64,000 bases of DNA from the human T2T-CHM13v2.0 reference genome, Homo sapiens: assembly GCF_009914755.1 (NCBI RefSeq), contig NC_060931.1. One strand, written 5' to 3'. Positions 1-13,070 of the stretch are shown here, one piece after another. The translations under genes were made by a program, and so were the position numbers. Every line of letters begins with the position of its first letter. The stretch's first letter is position 1. The notes under the pieces were generated by a model. It saw only the letters and a program-made list of their open reading frames with translations. It did not search any database and was not told the DNA's origin.

Positions 1-1132
1 ATTTTGCTACAATATGTGTTATTCTGAGGATCTGCAATAGTGGTGGCTTACAGATCCACTATATCAAAATTTCCATATTGACAGTTACAAGGGAGAAAAT
101 CTTAACGCCAAATAAACTGTTAAAAAAGATATAGTTTGGTGGTTACATATGCAGTCTTATTTTAAATCTAATTAATTATTTTAAGAGACTGAAAATAAGT
201 CTTTCCTGTTCTAAAGCTTTGACTTGTTTTTCATTTATTGTTCTGTTAGTCTAAAAAGGGAAACCTAACATTTTCTAACTGATGGACAGCAGTGAATTCC
301 TTTTTACTGAAACACCCACACTTAAAACTTCTTGGCAGTTTTTAAGGTAGTGCTGGGTTAGGAAGAAGATGAGACTATGTCAACTTTACTAAGATGAACA
401 TCTGGCTTCTAGAGCCACCAAATGAAGGCAAAAATATAGGAGCTGAAAAATATTTTGTCATACAAAAGTTTTCCAGTGAAGAAATCTAATGGACAGAGAG
501 TCTAGAAGCTTTAAGATATTTTAAATAATTCTATTTAATACTTCTATCTAATAAGAAAAACAGACTTTAAATTTTGTGTTTTTACATATGTGACCAAATA
601 TAAAACTTAAAGAAAAGAGTGTATTAAACAAAATATAGGAAATAGAATATATCAAACAATTCAGAATTTTGTCTTCAACTTAAGGAACATGTATTTAGCA
701 TCTATGTCATTATTGGAAGAAGTGCTGGGATATAAAGATGCTGATAATCTCTTATGATGCACGTATTCATCATCGTTTACTTCTGTTGTAAGTTAGTGAA
801 TGATTTTATTCTCATTGCTGTAGCATTACTATTACCACCAGAATTTAGCTTCTTTTTCAATGTAAAAATAAACTAAAATAGAGCAAACTTATTTTTATTC
901 CTCCATATTTCAGAAAGCTCTAGGACAGCTGCTCTTAAATTTTAGTGTATACAATAATTACTTGGACAAGAGAACCTTACTGAGAAGAATAAGGATGGAA
1001 CCAAAGAAATTACATTTTAAAATAAGGTAAGCAGAGGATAGAAACACAGGTGCTTTAAGAACCATCATTTTAGATATGTGGCCCTAGAACTGTAACAGCA
1101 TCTATTTTTTTTTCCAAATACTATTCAGCTAT

Positions 1133-1499
1133 AAGTGGTGTGTTGGAAAATGTTTAACACTTTGGTTTCAGTGTGGTGAAGCTGATTTGTAGTGTCTGCC
1201 TATTTTGTGGTGCAAATTCTCTCACCATGGCCAAAATCAAGTCATCGGGTTAAAATGATTGAACATCCAGCTGGGAAGTGGTGCTCAGTGTTATACCATT
1301 TTGTCCACCATGTAGAGTAGTAAAATGCAGTAACATGAATAGAAAGCGAAGTCTTGAGGATTTATTACCTTTAATTATAAGTAACGATTTTATAAAATTT
1401 GACTTTTAATCATGGCTACATTTTAACAATCAATCAAAAAACTGAAAACTTAATAACCATCTCCCAGAAGTCAATACAAACCAGTCCCAGCACAAACTG
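1133..1499. mobile_element. MER63-type hAT non-autonomous DNA transposon
   Basis: Ends AAGTGGTGTGTTGG and CCAGCACAAACTG resemble the MER63 TIR (CAGTGGTGTGCTGG). Internal GGTGCAAATTCTCTCACCATGGCC matches the remembered MER63 core. Confidence 0.7.
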
Positions 1500-4400
1500 G
1501 CCATAAGAGTCATTTTATTTTGTCCACTTTACAACAGTCTGATATATAAGTAACAAATAAAGGAAGAGATTCTACTAGTTATTCTTATAGCTTTTGTTAT
1601 AAGCAAATAAAATGAAATCAAAGTTATTTTTATATGCAATGAGTGTAAATAATTGTCTTTTCATTCAAACATCTTCTATACCTGAAAAATATAGTAAGTT
1701 ATCAAAAAATACCAATGGAGGCAAAGCAAATTTGGGTCAGCAGGCACTGTTCTTACTAAATTTGAACAATGGAGGTTTAGTTATCGAGAAAAACATGACT
1801 TGAACTGAGGTCTGGCAGGGGGAGAAAGGCATTTCTGACTCAGGGGAATTTTTGGTGATGTGCTACTGTGTGTAGCTAGTTCTTAAACTCCAAACAGCAT
1901 GTGTAGCAAAACAGTCTACAATGCACAGATTTGTGGTATTTCTAGGAACAGACAGATGGCTTATCTAGTACTTCCCAACTTTTACGGTAAGCAAGGAAAA
2001 ACTATTTAAGAGGGGTGTTATCACCTTGCAGGGCCCTAGGACACCGCAGCATATTCTACCAGGGATTAACTAAAATTACCCAGGTTAAAAGAGTTAATAT
2101 TTATTTTCCTGGCAGGACCTTACTCAGCCATCCATGTGCCATGCTGATAACAATTGTTACTATTGTAATAGTAAGGAAAATACAGGAGTAAAGTTCCTAG
2201 GGAACTGCCTAACTAGGAAGTTAGTAAAGGATCTGGACTCTGAATTTGATTTAAAGAAAGAGGAAAACACACGTTGGCTATAAAAGAAATAAATGAAATA
2301 ACCATTGCTACAACCTTTTTAGCACGGGTACTGTCACGAACATATCTTCTAATGTTAATTAAATAAAATATTTTATTTTTCTACCTTTTGTACTGTCTTT
2401 AAAATCATCTTTGACACATGAGTTATTTATGTGGCTCGCTTAGGTAAGAATCTCTTGAGGAAGAGCTGAGATATCCTGGTTCCTTTTTCTGCTTCATTAT
2501 GATTTGAATGCTTGCACCAAAGCTTCAAAAACAAGGTTGATCCAAATTGGTATTCAGGAAATTAAGTGTACTGTTCAATTCCTATAATTGAATTAGAAGC
2601 TGACTCTCTGGATTAGTTCTCTATATACTAGATAGAAAAAGGTTTTTGTGTTAAAAAAAACAAACTGTTACGGTTTACACTGGTGCTGAAAAGAAAGTTG
2701 AGAATTCACCACTGGCAAGCATATTACTTGAAAATAAGATTTTCTCAAAGTCTCTATATTTCTGCAAATATTCTAGAGCTAATTCCCACATATAAACTGA
2801 GAGTACATTCAGAGGTAAATTTTCAAACTCTATTGATTCTATTGTTTCAGGCTCCTCTCACCTCTCATCTCACAACTCTTCGAACACACAACCCTGCTTG
2901 CCTGATCTCTCTGCCTCGCTATTACCCCTTCCCCACGTTGCCAACTCACCTCTATGTTCCCCTCCCATTCTGGCTTATTCTCATTTGGGAGCTGATTAAT
3001 TTCCAGAAAAGTATCAGCTGATTAAAAAAAAATCTAGAAGTCTTATCTTACAAACTTATCTGTATTTAAATGAATTTTACTTACCCAAACTTAAAAGCAT
3101 ATCTCTCATTTAACAAAGGAGGGTGCCTTTGCTAAACCCCTCTACTTCCCCACAGAACAGGCTCAGAGTGCCAGCCTTTTGCTTCAGAGTGCCTGTCTCA
3201 TTATTTGCACTCCCTGTCTTGTGAGTTCAGCAGCTGCATGAGAGAGCAGTTCCACCAGTGTGGGCTTATTATGTACAGATGCAAGCTTTTCATTAGGGGA
3301 CTAATTGAGATTTGAATAGAATCTTTCAAGGAAATGGGGAAGATGCTAGAAGTTAAGATTTTACATATGTGTTCCATTTGTTAACCTTGAAACATTTAAG
3401 GATAATTATTGATCATGAGTTTATAAGAATTTGTAGATCACTGAAAAGGCTTTTAGTTATACATACTATGTTTGTTAGCAATATGGGGCAAAGCAAAAAA
3501 GTATGTATATTTTTCAACAGTAATTAATTCATCTTGTGGTATAAAAATCATCCATTTATTAAATTGGGAGTTGAAGAAAGGTGTTCCTATTTTTCCTCCA
3601 GTAATGTAAAACATCTATATCCACGATACAATACTGAGTACAAATTCCCAGCATAGTGTGACATGTTTCAGTCTACATATTGTAAATGTAAACTCCACAA
3701 TTCAGATTTTTAAATTAATTTTTAAGGTGAATAAAATGCAATGCTTTTTTGAGTTAAGAATATTAAAATATATTCTCTAATTTCTAAATGGCAAAAAATA
3801 AACTACCAAATTCTAATTTGCCATATGGTATTCTTATTTTTTTCATCAAATATCTACTCAATATTGAGTCAGTATATTTTTTCTGAGATATAGATATTTT
3901 GTATTTTTCCAAGAAAACCATGCATAGAATATGCTTCCAAAATGGACTAAAATATTCATTTTCCTACGTTCAGATATAATTTAGGCAAGATATAAATGGA
4001 TTTTACCTGACAATATGTTATGAATTGTCAAAACTCTTCATCCAAAATAAAACAGACCCATATAAACTATTAACAACAGACTGTGCCTAAAATAAAACTT
4101 TAAGGAGATAATTATAAGGGAAGTCAGCCTACCTAATTATACTTATTTTAATAACAAAAAGTACATATAAAGTTTCATTATAATTATATGTCTAAGGTGA
4201 TATGCTATACAGCTCTTAAACTTCTTTGAAAAATTAACAGGCAATAGAAATCAAATTCTCTTTTCCAAGAAAGAGAATGATCACTTTCTTCAATTAATTT
4301 AAAGCCTTTCCCTTTGAATATGAAGTTTATCCTAGTTTCTTTATAACCCAGTAGTGGTTGTAAGAGCTGAGACCTGAAGATTAATTTAGCCGCTAGCCGA

Positions 4401-5599
4401 GTCAGCCCAATAAACACCTGGAATGGGCTATTCTAGTCGGCAGGAAGATCTGGCCTCCTCTCAGCCTTACTTCAATGTCTCCCCAGCATTTAAATCCAGA
4501 TGTACACATAAAAGAGAGATTCTGAGATATCCACTAGGCTTATATCTTATGACAAACATATTTTAAGCCTAAGGTAGATGGTACAATTCCAATCCTCAGA
4601 AAGACTATCAAAGTGAGACAATACACATGACTATTTTAAATTAAAAATAACAGTAGGGGAAAAAATAAACAAACAGCATAAGAATCTAACCTGCTATGTG
4701 TTTCTGACAGTTTTAGTACTTACTTTAGTATTGTCAATTTGACAGTTTCATTTTCTGACAATATGTTGTTTGCTTAAATGTGATAAATGCAGCCTTATTG
4801 GTAGAGGTGGGGGACAGATGGAAAGGCACCTCTATGAACCACATTAGTCCTTTTTAAGACTTTTTTTGTAACTGTTTTTGATGGTCTGTCAAGCAGTTTG
4901 ACACAGTAGTCTCTTCAGGGCATGTTTATTTGCATATATTAGGTCCCTTAAAAAAATACATAAGGAACGCTTATAAACCCAAAGCTTAAGCTAACACTTA
5001 ATAGGTACTTACTATGTGCTAGGCACTCAGCTACATAAATCTGTATCAATTTGTCTTACACCACCAGATCCTTCAGAAACTCTTTGCTTAGAGGTCAATT
5101 AAATCTTCAGCTATGTACAAAACTATCACATGCCTTGGGTAAAGTATGGGCATAGGAGCATAGAAATTACTGTGTCCTTGGACTAAGAATAGAGATTCAA
5201 AGGACAGGGATGTAGAAAGATCAGAAAAGATCCTGAAAATGAAACTGAAGAAAATGCCACAATCCTGAAGCCCAATAAAATAATGAAGTAAATAAATTTT
5301 AGTGTGTAGGCTGAGGCAATGGAAGAGGAATAAGTAAGGGATTATTATGATTTTTCCTGAAAGGATATGAGCTGGAAATGTGCGTTCTTGAGTACACCGA
5401 GGTTGGAGCAGGAACAGGATCTCGAGGTGTATAATGTTAACAAGATTCTTTGTTTTCTATCTTGGGTCTAATTAGCTTAAACTCAGCTATCAGGGACCAT
5501 ACAGAATAGGGAAAATGATAGCATGCTAATAAGCTGAGTTTTGTCATTGTGGAGCCCTATATCTTATTGCTAGAGATTGAAGCCCAGTATTAATATTAA

Positions 5600-5785
5600 T
5601 ATTATCTCTGTGAATTTTATAATAGCTTTATCAAGTAGGTACCAACATCCTCAATTACAATGAGGAAACTAAAGGTCAGCAAAAATAATTTACTTGTCTG
5701 AGGTCACAGAGCTGGTTCTTAAGTCACAATTTAAGTAATCTGTTCTTTCTAGCTCAAATCAGATGTTGTTTCTATTACAACAGGA
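5600..5785 (-). mobile_element. MIR SINE fragment
   Basis: ACAATGAGGAAACTAAAGGTCAG...TTACTTGTCTGAGGTCACAGAGCT is the reverse complement of the MIR core. Confidence 0.7.
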
Positions 5786-6699
5786 CTAAATCATGTCAGT
5801 AAATGCCATTATCAAATGTTCACATGTTGAAATATGGGATTTTAAAGAACTGAAAAAATTTAAACAGTCTGATAATTAGAACAAACATTTAAAAAAATTA
5901 CTCCTGGTATATATAGACAGTCTTACTCAATGGAAGTGTGAATGTTTAAGTAAAGGGTTTTCACAGCATTTTACTATATCAGGGTTCTGTGAAAAATTCA
6001 ATATCAAACAATTGAAAGAGGAAGAAGTCTGTCTCAGGTTACATTGTATTTTCAATACAAGAAGAGGAAAAATACATAGAAGTTTAAGAAAATGCAGAAA
6101 TGTATGTAAATGTGGAGAAGCAAGCTCTCTAAGGAGTCAAAGGTTTACAGAGAACAGGTTAGCACATAATCCAACAAGTTCATTGTAGTGTGGAGAAATG
6201 AAAACCATGTGACCTGAACACATTCCTAAACCCCATGGAGCTTTGGTCCCTCCATAAAAAGACATTGGACTAGCCTATCATTAAGTTCATTATAACTATT
6301 AAAATTAAAAATCAAGTACTATTAATTTTATGTCTTTTATGGCACAAATAAATATTTTCTTCAGAAGGACCTTAGTGGGTCATGCAAGAACCCACAATAA
6401 AAGAATTACTCTCCAATTTGCCCTTCCTTTGGATGACTTACTTTCTAGATAACAAGAATACAATAAGTAATATTCCTCATCATTGGTATAATTCCTAACC
6501 TCCGTCAGTGTTACAGTTAGTAATTTAAATACTCGATAGCAAAACCTATGGACTTCTTCAGCAATGGAAAGACCTTATTTTACTTTTAATGCATCTGTCT
6601 GCATGGTCTCAAAACTCATGACAAGTTTTTGCATATATTTGATCTTTAAAAAATCATGTAACGACTGCATCTACTTGCAGTATCCTCCATCACACTGAA

Positions 6700-7000
6700 C
6701 AGCACCTCCTCCCCTCCCCTTCCACATTCAATTTGTAATCAAGACCTTTCATCTTCCAAATAACTCTTGATTCCATCTTCATCTACCATGAAGCCATCAT
6801 CCATGAACTGGGCTACTGCCCAAGCCACTAAAAGGATCTGCCAACATTTACATCTATCATATTTCCCTCTAATCTGATCTCTGTGCTTTCACCAGAGTGA
6901 TTTTTAAAAAATGTAAATGTGATCACCCCTCATCCATGCTTAAAGCTTTAAAGATGTATCATGGTTCTAGGATAAAAACAAAACCTCTCAATGAGGTCTC
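6700..7000 (+). mobile_element. L2 LINE fragment
   Basis: CCAGAGTGATTTTTAAAAAATGTAAATGTGATCA...TGCTTAAA is typical of the L2 3' region. Confidence 0.6.
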
Positions 7001-7009
7001 CAATTCATG

Positions 7010-7185
7010 CAGTGGTCTTCATCTTAGCTGCACATTGAAATCACTTGGAAAGCTCTTTTGAAAATCCTAATGCCTGGACCCCACCCTGGAGATGTTTATG
7101 TAATTGGTCTGGAGTGGGGCTGGAGAGCAGATTTTTCAAAGCTCTACTTAGAGCTCCCCTGTGCTACCAGGGTTAACAGCCAGTT
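7010..7185. mobile_element. MER5-type hAT-Charlie MITE
   Basis: CAGTGGTCTTCATCTTAGCTGCACATTGAAATCACTTGG...ATGCCTGGACCCCACCC...TAATTGGTCTGGAGTGGGGC. Confidence 0.75.
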
Positions 7186-10009
7186 CTCTAGAGCTGCACT
7201 GTCCAGCATGGTAGCCACTCACCACAGAGATTATACTCACTGACATAAAATTTAAAATTATAATTCCATGTTAAATGACGTCATTTTAAAATGAGATACA
7301 AGAAACACTTGTAAAACATTTTCTAAAACATGGTATTAGAAATTACCTTTACTCAGAAATAAGGTTAATTTTAACTTCTCATCAATATCATGACATTCTT
7401 TTTAGAAGAATAGATTCAGATATGATAAGTAAATTTTGGTGTTAAAATTACAGTAGGAGGTGGTAGAAGTCAGAATGCTCAATTATGTCTGAAGTCCTTT
7501 TTACCAAAAGCTATTGGTAAAATTAGATTAAAAATAAATGTGTTTTAGCCAGAAAAATATCCCTGAAACAAGGCTTGTCATCTTTTAAAAATTTGCATCA
7601 ACACAGTCTTCTGCTTATTATCACTTTTAAGTAATGGTCATTTTAAAATAATATATCTTCTTATTAAATGTCTCTAATTCTGTTGGTGGTGATTCCACAT
7701 CAGTGTGGCTGGATTTAAAAATGGTTCTGGTGACCTTGAAAATCAGATGTTCTCACCCTCTAGGATGGTAGAGTCCCAAGGATCTTTTTCAGTATTAGGA
7801 CTATATACAATGAGCTTGGAGAGCAAAAATAAATCCTAAGGCACTGGACTTCCCATAGATTTTCCCATTTTGTCATTAGATTAGAAAATAGTGACTTCTT
7901 GAAGGTGACACATCTAGGAAGAGGTGAAGCAAAGATAGAATCAGTCTTTCCATCCTCTACTATGGTAGTCTTTTCAGGATACCGCCTTGCATCACCAATG
8001 AGAGGAATGCATATTTGTCAACAGAAAGCATTATAAACCATATCCACTTAATTTTATTGCAGAGATGTTTGATCTGATCAACAGGCTATATCATCATATA
8101 ATTATTACAAGTAAAAACCTTTAATAATGGAAAATATGGTAATAAAATTTCAAGAAACTATGATCTATAACACTAATTGTTCCACATAATTTGTCAATGG
8201 CACATTGATATGTATTTTTCTCTCTCTTTCATATTTCTATATCTAGTTTTTAAAGAGACTTCTGATTCCTTGAAAGGGAGAGGCTATCTTAAGGATCTTT
8301 CGTATTTTCTGCAAGCCAGTCCCAAACCAGGCATATAACAGACATACTGTAAGTCCTTTTATAAATGAAAACGATGAATTCAGAAAAAGGATGCTTACTA
8401 GATTGCCAATTTCTGTATATTAACAATAAATATTATAAAGAGTCTTTTAACTAACATGTTTTCATGTTTTCCCAGTCTAAGATAGAAACAGCTTCATATA
8501 AAGAAATTAGTTTAGTCTAATGTTCCCAGAATTATTTTTATAATAAGCTGTATCAAATATAATACATAGTTACTTGAATCTCAATATATATCTATGGAAA
8601 ATATCAGATGAGTTTTTCAGTTGCCCTTTGACACTCAGAGACATTTGAATGCTAGAAAAACATAATTTGCAGCAGTATTAAGTCACTGAGAACAGATGAG
8701 AGTTCAAATAGGATCTGTTTTATCTTTTCACGGAGTAAAGATGCTAAAAATAGCATGGGCTTAAGCTTGGGCTACAGTTTTGTGAAATTGCTATCACTTC
8801 ACTGGAAAATGGAGGAAATGAAACAAGACTGTTTTAGGGGGCCTCCTGTAGGAGATGGACTGGCACTCACGTACCAGCCCTTCAGAGCTGTTACACCAAA
8901 GGCCTTTTACAGCTGATAGCTAAACCTAACACTAAGTATGATCTAAATATACAACACTTCATTGTACTTCTATTACAGTATGCAAATACAAATAAAGTTA
9001 CCACAAATTGGCGAACAATTAATGAGATTCATTGCAGGGATATTTCATCACTGAATGCTGTTTTCCTGCCAACTGAGACATGATGTATTTAATTCTAAAT
9101 GACACCACCTGCTCCCACCTCTAAGTGAAATGAAAAAGCTGCCAAAGGGCATGTTGGGAATTAACTTGCAGGCTTCCTTTTAATCAGGCATTTCTCCATA
9201 ACACTGAAAGCCAAAAACATAACATAATGAAAAATAACACAGCTTTGTAAGTCAATAGTTGAATTTGGAGTGCTTGTCAAATAAAAGAAACTTGGGATAC
9301 ATAGCATGATATTCCACACAATAGTATTCTTTTCTTGCTGTGAAATTACTTTCTTACTCTAAAGCAGGAAAAAAGAAAAAAAATACAATTTTATCTGACA
9401 TGACAAATCAATAAGAAGTGACTTATAAGGGAGAAAACTGAAGGGAATGTTTTCATTTGTCATAGTTACCATGATAATGACACTGTGAACTTAAAGAGTG
9501 TCTTTTATTTGAGAATCTGAAAGTGCTTCCCAACCCTTAATTCATAATGTTGCAATATACCCCCAGTGAAGTATTAACATGCTGTATTGCACATTTTCCT
9601 AATAGGTAAGATGAGTTAGTGTATGGACAGGTATTTTATAAAGAACCTTACAAAGCTTTTCTTGAAGCTTTTATCTCTTGATTTTCAGTCCTCTCTCCTG
9701 AGCAACTGAACTGCTACTCAATGTGATCAGTTGAGGGTAGAGGAGGGCTTACGCAGTTGCTTTATGCCAATTTCTTATCTCAGGAGTCTGTCAAATAAGG
9801 ATCCACTTCAGAAATAATCAAGTTGCCAAGGACAATCTTGGTACTAGAAAATATATAATTCTCCCAAATTATTTTCCCATTAAGTCTTCTGCTAATCCCC
9901 AGGAGTCTCAAAGTGACACCCTAATTAAAATGTGAAGTCAAAATCACATTTGAATTAAATTTGTAAAATAATTTTGAGGGATGCTAAGCCAAAACAAAAA
10001 GATTCCTAT

Positions 10010-10270
10010 TTAATTCATTCCACAATCATTCATTCACCTAAAACATTTTTCTGAATACGCTTTATATGTCAGGTCCTAGGTACTAGGAATAGGTCAGTGA
10101 ACAAGATGGCAAAATCCTTGCCCTCATAGGGTTCACATTCTGATGCACTGATAAGAAATAAATGAATAAATGGTAAAGTTCCAGGAAGGACAAAAAAAAC
10201 AGATTAAGAGAATGGAGTAGGCTCTTCTACATAATTAGTTAGAGAAGGTTTCTTCAAGGAGAAGAATACA
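10010..10270 (-). mobile_element. L2 3' end
   Basis: (TTCA)n-like tail followed by CAGTGAACAAGATGGCAAAATCCTTGCCCTCATAGGGTTCACATTCT. Confidence 0.7.
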
Positions 10271-10319
10271 GGTCTATATGAGGAAAGGGAGGGAACCCAG
10301 CATACATCATTTACACTGC

Positions 10320-12483
10320 ATGCCTTTCCCTCCTGCCTGCTCAAGGACTTTGCTCCTGCCGATATCCCCGATCATTATTTACTCCACTTTCTACTTTTTT
10401 TCCCCACTAGTTTACAAATACGCTCTAAAGTCTTCCAGCCTAAAAAAAAATAACACCCTCCTTTGACCTAACATCTCCTCTAAAAGTCATTACTTTCATC
10501 TACTTCCCTTTACAGCCAAACTCTTCGAAATAGATGTTCACACTCAAAGTTTTATTTTCCTTTCATTTGTTCTTGAACCCTCACTAAGCTGGGTTTGAGC
10601 TTCACAACAAGGAAGTACCTCCTAAGGGTCATCAATGACCTTCAGATTGACAATTAATTCTCAGTCCACATCTTATAATAGCACGTGATGCAGTGGATTT
10701 AAGCTAATGTAAATACTTGCTTTTCTTGGCTTCTAGAACACCACTCTCTTAGTAGCACTGGCTACTTATCTCAGTCTTTTTGGATGACTCCTTTTCATCT
10801 TCCTGAGCCTGAACATTGAAGTGCTCCAGGGCTCTGTCCTTGGACCTTCTTTTCTTTACTTATACTCACTCTGCCTCATCCAGCTCCGTGCTTTCAAACA
10901 GACAAGTGGCTTCCAAATACATCTGTAGCATAGAACCCTCTTTAATCATATATCCAACTGTTTATTTGACATCTCCACTTAGTCGTCTTATAGATATCAC
11001 AAATACAACAATGCCAAAATCGAATTAATTTTGCGCTCCGATGCACACCTGCTATTCTCACAGCCTTCCCCATGATGGTGGATTGTGTAGTCCAAAGAGG
11101 GCTGCCACAATATTTCCCATCTTGCTTGCTCTTCTTGCAATGTGACCTTGACATGTCTCCCATCAAATGGTAGTACATCTGTTTCCTATCCTTGATTCCG
11201 TGTGAACCTTTGTGACTGTCTCATTCCATAGAGAATAGTGGAAGTAAAGTTATGTGATGTCTAAGACTAGATCATGAAAATGCAATTCCAATTGGCTCTC
11301 TTGGGTCAGTCAGTCTTGGAACTTAGCTGCTGTGCTGTGTGGAAGTCCAAACTCACTTGCCTGGAAAGACGACCTGGGGAAGCTGTGTGTAGGTGTTCCA
11401 GCTGACAAACTAGCTGAAGTCCTAACTAAAAGCAAACATCAATTGCCAGACATGTGAATGAAGACACTTCCAGATAATTCCAGTCTCTCACCACTGAGTG
11501 AACCCCAGGCTTTGGGTCTTCCCAACCAAGGCTTTAGATATTGTCGAATAGAGGGAACAGACAAGATGCCCCTGCTGTGTCCCATTTGAATTTCTAACCT
11601 ATCAAACATGTGAGTAAAATAACATGGCTGTTTTATGACACTAAGTTTGTTATGATGATGGTAAATGGAACAGATTTACCAGTTGCTCAGAACAACTTGT
11701 ACTCATCTTTAGCTTCTCCCTGTTTCTCATACCCACCTTAAATCTGTTAGCAAACCCTATGAAGTCCAGCTCTTTCTTTGAAATACATCCAGGATCCTAC
11801 GACTTCATACCATCATATCTTTTGTCTGGACTATTGCAGTAGCCTCTTAGCCTTCATGTTTTCACCTTCCCTCCCTTATTGTCTACTCTCAACACAATAG
11901 AAAGAGTACTTCTCTAAAAGTATAAATCAGTTATGTCACTTCAATGCTCAAAACTGTCCAATGGCTTCCTTTATGATATAGATTAAAAGCTTAAGTCCTT
12001 AATGGCCTAGAAGGCCCTTCATCCTCTGAGCCTCCACCACCTCACTGACCTTATTTCCTACCGTCCTCCCTGCCTGACATGTTACATCCTAGGCATACTG
12101 GTGCCCTTGCTCTTCCCTAAAAACACCTGGCACACTCATACCTCAGGGCCTTTGCATTTTCTATTCCTTCTCCCTGGAATGTACTTACCCCAAATATTTA
12201 TGTGGCCACTCTTTCATTTCCTCCAGGCTTCTACTCATGAGTCACTTTGTTAGGTATTCTCTAAACACTTTCCATAAAGTAGCACATCTTATGCCCATGG
12301 ATCTTATTCTTCTAATTTTGACTTACCATTACCTGAGTCCTTATACATTTGTTAATTTATGTTCTGTCATCCTCCTGTAGGATGAAAGCTTGCTAAGGAT
12401 ATAAACTTTGTCTTGTTGAAAGCTCTAGTCACTGGGCCTACAGTAGTCTCTAGTGCATAGCTCCATAAATATTCCTTATTGTT
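10320..12483 (+). mobile_element. L2 LINE, interrupted by an MLT1 LTR
   Basis: Pyrimidine-rich L2 body (CAAACTCTTCGAAA, CCTCAGGGCCTTTGCA, CCCTGGAATG) ending in an L2-type 3' end GCATAGCTCCATAAATATT. It resumes after 11672. Confidence 0.75.
11072..11672 (+). mobile_element. MLT1 (F/G-like) MaLR solo LTR
   Basis: Starts TGATGGTGGATTG...GGCTGCCACAATATTTCCCATC and ends GGCTGTTTTATGACACTAAGTTTG...GGAACA; about 600 bp. Confidence 0.75.
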
Positions 12484-12484
12484 A

Positions 12485-13070
12485 AAGGCCATACAAGCAG
12501 AGGGGAGAACAAGTAGAAAGGGCTGAAACAGAAACCAGCCTGACTTGCTTGAGAAACAGTATAACTGGGACAGAATGAAAATGGGGGAGAGTGTATGTGA
12601 CAAGGTCACAGAGGTAGCCAAAGGTTGGATCATGTAGGTCTTCAGAGGCTAAGGCAAAGACTGATGGAAAGAAACTGAAGGGCATTTGATGTGATCTGAG
12701 TGGCATTTTTAAAAGATTATTCTGGATTTTCTGTGGATAATTGTCTATATGAAGAGCAAGAGAGGAAGAAGCATCAAGGGGACCAGTCCAGAGGCTTTTG
12801 CAGTAATTCAGACAAACAAGAGATCATGGTGGCTTGAACTGCAATGGTAATGACAGAGGTACCTAAGGTGGTCAGATACAGGATGTATCTACTTTTCAAC
12901 GTAGAGCTGAACAGACATGATAGCTTGGTTATAAGACAATGAGAGTAATCAAGGATGGGTTCCAGATTTTTGGCCTGAGCAAATGGTTAAACAGTGGTAC
13001 AGTGGGGCCACTTCGGAGTAGGTTTACTTTAAACAAGGGTCCTATTTTAATATGATGAATTCAGAGCCGG
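12485..13070 (-). mobile_element. L2 LINE fragment
   Basis: GGGACCAGTCCAGAGGCTTTTGCAGTAATTCAGAC...GATCATGGTGGCTTGAACT...CCAGATTTTTGGCCTGAGCAA. Confidence 0.7.
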
